Part shown: positions 56,768 through 63,658 of the stretch, one piece after another | Numbering within the stretch: the stretch's first letter is position 1 | Layout: each line of letters starts with the position of its first letter | Assembly: GCA_947455935.1 (NCBI GenBank) | Contig: CANGPV010000001.1 | Location: forward strand, 1 to 63,658 | Direction of reading: 5' to 3' | Length of the DNA: 63,658 nucleotides | Source: Comamonadaceae bacterium | GTDB taxonomy: Bacteria; Pseudomonadota; Gammaproteobacteria; Burkholderiales; Burkholderiaceae_C | Notes under the pieces: model-generated | What the model saw: only the letters and a program-made list of their open reading frames with translations | The model's database searches: none | Told to the model about the DNA's origin: nothing | Translations under genes and position numbers: made by a program

Positions 56768-57374
56768 CCTAGCTGCCATCACCCATGTGGTGTATGCCCA
56801 TGGCTTTCGTTCAAGTCCACAATCGTTCAAAGCGCAATTCATAGCGAAGTGGCTGAAACAGCATCGCCCTGATGTTCAGTACTTGTGCCCACAGCTACCT
56901 GTCTCGCCGCAAGCAGCCTCTGAACTTTTACTCAACGCGGTTCACACTTGGCCCAACGCCAGCATGGCGGTGATGGGCTCATCGCTGGGTGGGTTTTACG
57001 CCACGTGGCTGGGTGCGGTGATGCAATGCAAAACGGTGTTACTGAACCCTGCGGTGCATCCCGCCAGAGACTTGGTGAGCCATATAGGTACACAAAGCGC
57101 GTGGCACAACCCAGATGAAGCGGTGGTGTTTGAGCCGCACTACATCGAGGAGCTGAAAAGCTTGTATGTGGGACAGGCCAGTCAAGATGTCAGCGCTTTG
57201 CCAGACCCCCCACAACTGTTTAACGTGGTGGCCACTGGCGACGAGGTGCTGAATTGGCAAGAAATGGTGGGCAGATACCCTAACGCCACATTGCATTTGA
57301 TCGAAGGCTCAGACCATGGCATATCCGATTTCGAACAGCACTTTCCAGTGGTGAAAGCCTACTTGGGACTGTGA
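56751..57374 (+). CDS. YqiA/YcfP-family alpha/beta esterase
   Basis: HGFRSSPQS.K, GSSLGGFYA, LLNPAV, GDEVL, GSDH. Confidence 0.9.
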   Translation: MPATSDLAAITHVVYAHGFRSSPQSFKAQFIAKWLKQHRPDVQYLCPQLPVSPQAASELLLNAVHTWPNASMAVMGSSLGGFYATWLGAVMQCKTVLLNPAVHPARDLVSHIGTQSAWHNPDEAVVFEPHYIEELKSLYVGQASQDVSALPDPPQLFNVVATGDEVLNWQEMVGRYPNATLHLIEGSDHGISDFEQHFPVVKAYLGL

Positions 57375-57378
57375 GAGC

Positions 57379-57636
57379 TTAAGTACCGTTGGCCACACCA
57401 CGTCGACGCCACTCGAGGTATTTGTTTTCATTCCAATAAATCATGAAGGTCTCAAAATCACCTTCAAAACGTTGATTCTGGAACTGCTGCGTGATAGAGA
57501 GGCAACTGCTCATGTCCTGCCCTCCCAACTCTCCCTTCATGTACAAAGCATCGCAGTCCCAGTACATACGCTCCAAGTCCACCGCGTTCACCGTGGCCAA
57601 GTCGAGGGCGACGGCCAAGAGATAAGACATCACCAT
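57379..57636 (-). CDS. Small hypothetical protein
   Basis: AGGAG RBS; LER.YW.CD..C....F.GDF..F..YW pattern. Confidence 0.6.
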   Translation of the reverse strand: MVMSYLLAVALDLATVNAVDLERMYWDCDALYMKGELGGQDMSSCLSITQQFQNQRFEGDFETFMIYWNENKYLEWRRRGVANGT

Positions 57637-57732
57637 GGTTGCTCCTAGTCAAAGTGTGCAAAGTCATCGTTTTGGCAAACACTTTGGAGGCAAAAACCTT
57701 CGATGAGTAGGTGGTAAATACCTATAGGCAGC

Positions 57733-58119
57733 TTAGCTGTGAGGGGCGTACGCTAGCCAATTCCCCTGAGCAAGCAGCTGGGACCGCGTTGCAAATTCTG
57801 TAGTCAGTTCGTAAATCTCGCAAACCAGCTTGTGCTCACCACACGCCACTTCAGTACGCACACGTTGGTATTCGCCACTGGGTACAGGTGCGATTTCTTC
57901 TAACTCATCTAACTGCGCCAACAGCGCTGGCGGGATGTCATACACCTCGCCTTGCACCCACTGCTCGCCGCCTAAACGTATGCCAGGGTACCAGCCTCGG
58001 CTGTACAACTGGCCCTTGACTTTGGCCATGCCCACGAACAAGGGAGGGGGTGTTTTGAGGTTGATGTCGTTACGCTGGCCGATACGCAAAGTGCCATAGA
58101 CGAACACAAGATGGTGCAT
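57733..58119 (-). CDS. Gamma-glutamylcyclotransferase (AIG2-like)
   Basis: VFVYGTLR.G..N, YPG, V.GEVY, LD.LE, Y.R. Confidence 0.9.
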   Translation of the reverse strand: MHHLVFVYGTLRIGQRNDINLKTPPPLFVGMAKVKGQLYSRGWYPGIRLGGEQWVQGEVYDIPPALLAQLDELEEIAPVPSGEYQRVRTEVACGEHKLVCEIYELTTEFATRSQLLAQGNWLAYAPHS

Positions 58120-58126
58120 AGAAAAA

Positions 58127-58972
58127 TCAGTTAAGCGCTGATTTCAGGTAGTTGTATTTATCCATGCTAACAGCGGTTTCAAATGCGCTGGAGAACTCCC
58201 TTGCGGCTCTGAGCAACATGCGCTTAGGCACCACGTCTTGGTACTTGATGGCGTGCAGCGAAAACAATATAGGACCATGGCGCGTGCGGTTATCAACTTC
58301 CATGAAGAAGTTGCCCAGCTTCGCATTGGCCTGTTCGCTGATGTTTTGAATTTCGCTGGAATTCACGCTGGAACTGATGGGAAAAGCCTGAGCACCAAAG
58401 GTAATTTCTTTGGTAACTTTGTTTACACGTGTCCAAAACGGGTAATCAAAGCCAGATGGGACATAAACATCGTTGTATTGATCGATGCGAGCCTCTGCGC
58501 GAGATTTGTTGAACATCGCACAAATAGATTCATTGTTAACTTCATGCGAGCGCAATATATTGGGTTCCGCGTCGGCAATCAAAGCGCGTGTTTCCTCGAT
58601 GTTTTCGATGATGTAACTGGCCACCTTGGGGATTTGTTTTTTCAAAAATCTTTGCTTCTTCAACACATCCCTTAGACAGGTATAAATGTCTTCAAACTGA
58701 TTGGGGGTGACTTGCAAACCAGGGGGCGCAGTTTGCGAGATGACATCACGGTAGTATTTTTCTGGCTTGAGAACCACGAAGTCCCCATGGATTTTCATAT
58801 TCTCGTAAATCTTTTCTACCGAGATACCAAATAAAAAATGTTTGATACTTTTTTGTTCACAAACAGCATCGTAAAAAGTTTGGGTCGCAGTCTCAACCGC
58901 CTCTTGAAAAGAGGAGAGGTTGTCAGTGTCACTTCGCGGATGATGGATTTTGGCAAGCAAAATAAAAGGCAA
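58127..58972 (-). CDS. Hypothetical protein: putative degenerate truncated-globin domain fused to a YbjN-like domain
   Basis: AVETATQTFYDAV..HFLFG..GLQVTPNQFE in the N-half; ID..ND.YV..ITF..AN..R..REF pattern in the C-half. Confidence 0.55.
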   Translation of the reverse strand: MPFILLAKIHHPRSDTDNLSSFQEAVETATQTFYDAVCEQKSIKHFLFGISVEKIYENMKIHGDFVVLKPEKYYRDVISQTAPPGLQVTPNQFEDIYTCLRDVLKKQRFLKKQIPKVASYIIENIEETRALIADAEPNILRSHEVNNESICAMFNKSRAEARIDQYNDVYVPSGFDYPFWTRVNKVTKEITFGAQAFPISSSVNSSEIQNISEQANAKLGNFFMEVDNRTRHGPILFSLHAIKYQDVVPKRMLLRAAREFSSAFETAVSMDKYNYLKSALN

Positions 58973-59087
58973 TTAACAGGTATCAGAAAGAGAATCGGCT
59001 TTAAGCGCCTTAAGTTAAACCAATAAGTGCTTAGAAACAATCAAATTCATCAATACAACAGGAAAATGACGCATCTGTCATGAAATG

Positions 59088-60482
59088 TCAGCCAAACCAT
59101 ACATCGGGCGGGTCCAAGGGTGCGGTCACAGAGACACGCACCACCTTGTCGTTGTCTGCCGTTAAGGTAATGCGCCCATGGTGAACGTGAATAATTTCAA
59201 TACACAGACTCAAGCCCAGACCATGACCGTCAACCTGCCTTGTATGAGACGAGTCGCCACGGTAAAAACGCTCAAACGCCCTTCCTGATAAATCATGGAC
59301 CACTTCATGGGTGGGATTAGCAATAGAAAACTCCAGTGAACCGTGAGCTTGTTTAAGTTGGAAATCAATCCAACCGTCAGGGACGTTGTAATTGACCGCA
59401 TTCACATACAAATTTTGAATCAATTGGTAAATAAGGTGTTTATCGCAGCGCCAAAGAATTTGAGGTGCTATGTGGGAGGTAATCTTCAAATTCGGATGCA
59501 TAAACTGGGCATCCTCCACCATTTGGGCCAGTATGTCGCTGACATTGACTTGCTCCATATCGAGCTTCAAACTGTCTGAATCAGCGCGTGAGAGCAACAG
59601 CAGTTTTTCGGTGATATCGATCAAGCGCTCAATCTCTTCGCCCATCAAGCGCAAACGAATTTGCGCTGGCGAGCCGCTAGGCAACTCGGCAATGCCCATT
59701 TCCACATGGCCACGCAAAATGGTCAAAGGGGTACGCAACTCATGCGAGGCATCTGCTGAAAATCGATGTGACTGCAAAAAACTGTTGTGCAAGCGACCTC
59801 GTAATTCCTCAAACACCTCGGTGAACGCTTTGAACTCTCGGTAATCGGCAGTCACCTCAATCGGCTCGTTCAAATTCTTAGACGAGAGTTTTTGCAAGGT
59901 ATTTTTGATGCGATTAATAGGCCTGAGCAACACATTAGCCATCACCCAACTCACCGCCAGCATCATCAGCGCAATGACGGGAAAAACATACTGCATCACC
60001 CGATTTCGTATGCCCCACAACTCGTCGGTAGATTTTTTAAGCACCGCTTGATCAACCAAAAGAACGTGCTGGGAAGATATTTGCCGAACAGCAGTCCAAG
60101 GTGAGTCTTTCCAACTGAAGTAGGTATGCAAAAAGCCTGGGGCAGGTTCGCCATCAACCTCTTTCCATGGCATGGTTTCAGTTTGAATATGGTGACAAAG
60201 CGGGGACAGTGATGGTGATGCAGGGTTGTCACAGTAGACATATTCTTTGGGCAAGCTCTCCATCCATGAACCAGCACGGGCTTCATCGGCGCACAATTTA
60301 AATTCGACCTCCGATGCCTGAGGGTTGGGACAGTGCGTCAAGACCTTGACCATGCCTGTTTGAATACGCTCGTGTAAGTACTCGGAAGCAACGTATTGGC
60401 TGAGATAACGGTTGAGGAGTGTGACGAGCAAAATACAGATAAAAAACTGCATCATCAAGCGAAGTCGAAATGAATTTTTCAA
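59088..60482 (-). CDS. Sensor histidine kinase (CusS/QseC-like)
   Basis: Two TMs, HAMP, H-box FSADASHELRTPL, N-box NL..NAV.Y, FERFYRGD, G.GLGL; TTG start. Confidence 0.93.
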   Translation of the reverse strand: MKNSFRLRLMMQFFICILLVTLLNRYLSQYVASEYLHERIQTGMVKVLTHCPNPQASEVEFKLCADEARAGSWMESLPKEYVYCDNPASPSLSPLCHHIQTETMPWKEVDGEPAPGFLHTYFSWKDSPWTAVRQISSQHVLLVDQAVLKKSTDELWGIRNRVMQYVFPVIALMMLAVSWVMANVLLRPINRIKNTLQKLSSKNLNEPIEVTADYREFKAFTEVFEELRGRLHNSFLQSHRFSADASHELRTPLTILRGHVEMGIAELPSGSPAQIRLRLMGEEIERLIDITEKLLLLSRADSDSLKLDMEQVNVSDILAQMVEDAQFMHPNLKITSHIAPQILWRCDKHLIYQLIQNLYVNAVNYNVPDGWIDFQLKQAHGSLEFSIANPTHEVVHDLSGRAFERFYRGDSSHTRQVDGHGLGLSLCIEIIHVHHGRITLTADNDKVVRVSVTAPLDPPDVWFG

Positions 60483-61174
60483 GACATGCCCTCTTGATTG
60501 ATGCGATAACCAACACCCCGAATAGATTCAATGGGGAAAACCGCCTTGCTGCTTTTTTCTGAGGCCAATTTTCGTTTGATACGCTGCACACACACGTCCA
60601 CCACATTGGTTTGAGGATCAAAATTAAAATTCCATACGTGCTGCAATATTTGCTTGCGGGAAAAAATATAACCTGGCGAGCGCATCAAATAATCGAGCAA
60701 CATGAATTCACGCTGACTCAGTACCGCGCTTTGGTCCTGCCAATCAGCCTTGCGGGTGAGTCTATTGAGGGTGATGCCCGCCACGCTGAAAATTTCTTCG
60801 TTATGACTAGCATTGCGTCCCAACAGCGAGCGAATCCGAGCAATCAACTCTTCAATGAAAAAGGGCTTGGCCAAATAATCGTTGGCACCTAAATCAAAGC
60901 CTAGCAATCGATCAGGCAAATCGGTCTTGGCACTCAGCACAATTAGTGGTGTGGCGATTCCCACTGAGCGGACTTGGCGCAGCAACTCAAAACCGTCCAT
61001 GCCCGGCAGCATGATGTCCAGCACCACCAAGTCATGCTGGGCTTGCAATACAGATGTCAAACCATCCATGCCGTTGTCAATGTGATCGACCACCATGCCT
61101 GCCGCCCGTAAGCCTTGGCAAACAAACGATGCAATCTTTGGCTCGTCCTCGATCAATAAGATGCGCATGGCCAT
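60479..61174 (-). CDS. OmpR-family response regulator (CusR-like)
   Basis: LLIEDE, LDIMLPGMDG, GANDYLAKPF, REF.LL, TNVVDV, RGVGY. Confidence 0.95.
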   Translation of the reverse strand: MAMRILLIEDEPKIASFVCQGLRAAGMVVDHIDNGMDGLTSVLQAQHDLVVLDIMLPGMDGFELLRQVRSVGIATPLIVLSAKTDLPDRLLGFDLGANDYLAKPFFIEELIARIRSLLGRNASHNEEIFSVAGITLNRLTRKADWQDQSAVLSQREFMLLDYLMRSPGYIFSRKQILQHVWNFNFDPQTNVVDVCVQRIKRKLASEKSSKAVFPIESIRGVGYRINQEGMS

Positions 61175-61179
61175 GGGAA

Positions 61180-62874
61180 TTACGCGAACTCAGTCAGCAG
61201 TTTGCCGTGCAAGCCAGCTTGATCAACAAGCCCCTGCTGGTCAGCCACCAGTTGACCATTCACCCACACACCATGCACGCCGGTGGCCAATGTATTTAAG
61301 CGAGCTGCCCCACCTGGCAAATCGAATACCCGGTGTTTAGGTCCACGTCCCACCGTTTGCGGGTCAAACAGCAACAAATCAGCGGCATACCCCTCAAGCA
61401 ACACACCGCGCTCTTTCAAACCCAACACCTGCGCAGGTTGTTGGGTTAATTTGTGTACCGCTTGGGTCATGCTCATCTTGCCGAGATCCCTCGCCCAGTG
61501 CCCCATCAAATGCAAACCAAAACCGGCATCGTTGAAAAAGGTAAGGTGCGCGCCTGCATCACTGAGCGACACCAAGCTGTGCGGGTCATTGAGCAATCGT
61601 GCTACCGCATCGGTATCGCTGTTGAGCAATTGCGCAGTGAACACGGTTTGCAGGTCTTCTTTCAGCGCCAAATCTAAGGCGAAATCCAAGGGGTCTTGGT
61701 GCGATGCTTGCGCTAACTCGGCTACGCTTTTTTGCTCGAACGATTGGTGTTCGCTCAGCGCAGTTTGCACCACATGCACCTTGTCCCATTCGTTGTTGAA
61801 CAAACGGAAAGTGGCGGTTTGGGACAACTCAGCTTTAACAGATTGGCGAAAAGACGGGTCTGCCAACATCACTTTCAGGGCCTCATGCGACAGGCCCATG
61901 GCGGGACGCCAACTCACCAAACCCTCGACAGGGTAGGCGGAGGCAAAGGTGAAGTCCATGGTCAAGGGGCAGCACGACACCTGCCCTATCAAAGGAATAC
62001 CTTGTTCGTTGGCTTGTGCAATGGCGTTCATGTCCTTGAACACGGCGTCGGGGTTGGTGCTGTTGTGCAGCAATGCCGCCACCATCACGGGTCGGCCACT
62101 GGTTTTCGACAGCGACTGCAAAAACGACATGGCCATTTGCCCGCCCTTGGTGACCATGTAGACGCCACGCCCCAGGCTAGCCATGGCAAGTGTGAGTTGC
62201 ATCATTTCTTCGTCACTGGCCAAACGTGAGGGCATGGGAAAACCACCCTCGCCGTTATGGGCGGGGCTGGTGCTGGTGGCAAAGCCCACGGCGCCAGCGG
62301 CCATGGCCTCTTTGACGATGTCGGCCATGGCATCAATTTCTTCGGGCGTGGCCTCTCGCTTATTGGCTTGCTCGCCCATCACCCACGTGCGTACGGAGGA
62401 GTGCCCCACATAGGCAGCGATGTTCACGGCACTGCCTTTGCGCTTGAGCATGGCCAAGTATTCGGGGAAGGTCTCGAAGCCCCAATCAATGCCCTGCCTA
62501 AGCACCTCTAGGGACATGCCTTCGACTTGCGTCAGGTTGCGCATGGTCAGTTCGCGGTCGGCTGGACGACAGGGAGCGATGGTGAAGCCACAGTTGCCAA
62601 TCACGGCCGTGGTCACGCCCATGGCGGGTGAGGGACGTACATAGGCGTCCCAGGTGATTTGGGCATCGAAATGGGTGTGGGAGTCGATGATTCCGGGCAT
62701 CAACGCCAGACCTTGGGCATCAACGGTATGGGTGGCTTGGACTTGAAGTTGGTCGTGCAGGGCCACAATGCGCCCCTCACGCACGGCAAGGTCTTGGACC
62801 CGAGGTTCGCTCAAGGTACCATCAAACACCAAAGCTTGGCGGATCAGCAAATCGACTGGGTGAGAAAGCTTCAT
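61180..62874 (-). CDS. N-acyl-D-amino-acid deacylase-like amidohydrolase
   Basis: PGIIDSHTHFD, GVTTAVIGNCG, AGAVGF, SDAGAH, RG.L..G.AADL..FD. Confidence 0.88.
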   Translation of the reverse strand: MKLSHPVDLLIRQALVFDGTLSEPRVQDLAVREGRIVALHDQLQVQATHTVDAQGLALMPGIIDSHTHFDAQITWDAYVRPSPAMGVTTAVIGNCGFTIAPCRPADRELTMRNLTQVEGMSLEVLRQGIDWGFETFPEYLAMLKRKGSAVNIAAYVGHSSVRTWVMGEQANKREATPEEIDAMADIVKEAMAAGAVGFATSTSPAHNGEGGFPMPSRLASDEEMMQLTLAMASLGRGVYMVTKGGQMAMSFLQSLSKTSGRPVMVAALLHNSTNPDAVFKDMNAIAQANEQGIPLIGQVSCCPLTMDFTFASAYPVEGLVSWRPAMGLSHEALKVMLADPSFRQSVKAELSQTATFRLFNNEWDKVHVVQTALSEHQSFEQKSVAELAQASHQDPLDFALDLALKEDLQTVFTAQLLNSDTDAVARLLNDPHSLVSLSDAGAHLTFFNDAGFGLHLMGHWARDLGKMSMTQAVHKLTQQPAQVLGLKERGVLLEGYAADLLLFDPQTVGRGPKHRVFDLPGGAARLNTLATGVHGVWVNGQLVADQQGLVDQAGLHGKLLTEFA

Positions 62875-62931
62875 GGAAATCATCACATCTGAGTTGAAAA
62901 CGTACAAACCCATCATTATGAAAGCGATGCC

Positions 62932-63234
62932 ATGAAAGCGAAGTCACTTAGGTTCATGCCACTGTTGTACATCCTAGCGTGTCATGGCCTGCCTGCGGCT
63001 GCCCAAACTGCACAGTGCGAGGAGTGGGAAAACAAGCTGCAAACGGAGATCCGGGCCGCCAACCAGTGCGAGCCCAAGCACCAAGCTTGTTTGGCCAAGG
63101 AATTTGGCAACCCCATGCGGGAGCTGGATTACTGCAAAAAAGTATTTAAAAACTGCGAATCCTTGGACGCAAGGCCAGAGACTGGTAACTTGCCCAAGGA
63201 TGTCGCGGACTACAAAAAACAATGCCAAGGCTGA
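62932..63234 (+). CDS. Exported Cys-rich hypothetical protein
   Basis: Signal-like N-terminus ending AAA; six Cys in the mature region. Confidence 0.55.
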   Translation: MKAKSLRFMPLLYILACHGLPAAAQTAQCEEWENKLQTEIRAANQCEPKHQACLAKEFGNPMRELDYCKKVFKNCESLDARPETGNLPKDVADYKKQCQG

Positions 63235-63253
63235 GCTGGCAACACTTTTAAGC

Positions 63254-63658
63254 TTAGCGCTCTATCGTTAGCGACACGCCCATGCCGCCGCCAATGCACA
63301 AGGCGGCCAAGCCTTTTTTGGCGCCACTGCGCTGCATTTCGTGCAACAGCGTCACCAAAATGCGGCAACCGGATGCGCCTATGGGGTGACCAATGGCAAT
63401 CGCGCCACCGTTCACATTCACCCGCTTGGGGTCAATGTCCAAGGCCTGATTCACCGCACAAGCTTGCGCTGCAAACGCTTCGTTGAGCTCAAACAGATCC
63501 ACCTGCGAGGCCTTCCAACCGGCACGCGCCAGTGCTTTGCGCGAGGCTGGCACAGGACCCATGCCCATGGTGGCGGGGTCCAAGCCCGTGGTAGCAAAGG
63601 AGGCAATGCGACCCAAAGGCGTCAAGCCCAAAGACTGCGCTTTGGCGGCGGTCATGAC
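63254..63658 (-). CDS. Acetyl-CoA acetyltransferase (thiolase), 3' part only (runs off the window)
   Basis: [42 protein letters not shown]. Confidence 0.95.
   Translation of the reverse strand, partial: VMTAAKAQSLGLTPLGRIASFATTGLDPATMGMGPVPASRKALARAGWKASQVDLFELNEAFAAQACAVNQALDIDPKRVNVNGGAIAIGHPIGASGCRILVTLLHEMQRSGAKKGLAALCIGGGMGVSLTIER

Noticed and set aside
1-63658. Prophage, IS, integron, tRNA/rRNA or known anti-phage defence operon
   Set aside because: No integrase, transposase, phage structural gene or structured RNA gene recognised by eye; a covariance-model and defence-HMM search would be needed to exclude small or divergent elements.

Overview
A 63.7-kb, gene-dense chromosomal window from a betaproteobacterium. 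Gene content and protein style suggest Comamonadaceae, possibly Limnohabitans-like; this is inference. I see no rRNA, tRNA, CRISPR array, integrase or transposase. Housekeeping genes (prlC, rpiA, pyrD, aroQ, yaeQ, serC, upp, partial thiolase) alternate with accessory modules. (1) A DUF2796/ABC/DUF3299 zinc-type transporter operon and LexA-boxed umuDC. (2) A complete six-gene ebo cluster (eboB-F-D-E-C-A) with an appended ferredoxin, converging on an exported glucose/sorbosone-dehydrogenase-family beta-propeller that lacks the C-terminal PQQ-binding RxR motif, plus a cytochrome c. This is the best candidate for an undescribed system: a prenylated-cyclitol pathway possibly tied to periplasmic redox chemistry. 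(3) A bactofilin / zinc-ribbon / His-repeat membrane-protein locus. (4) An EctD-like dioxygenase and SAF-domain oxidoreductase next to Lrp-mdeB. (5) A MerR / Cys-less Rrf2 / voltage-gated channel (TLEGW filter) / DUF2236 locus. (6) A nitrogen-scavenging island with visible NtrC boxes and sigma54 promoters: Anbu operon plus puuE and an atypical M20 hydrolase, and an ABC transporter plus GntR and racemase. (7) An AT-richer two-component system followed by an apparent heme-less truncated-globin/YbjN fusion. All family calls come from motif recognition by eye. No searches were run, and start codons are best estimates.
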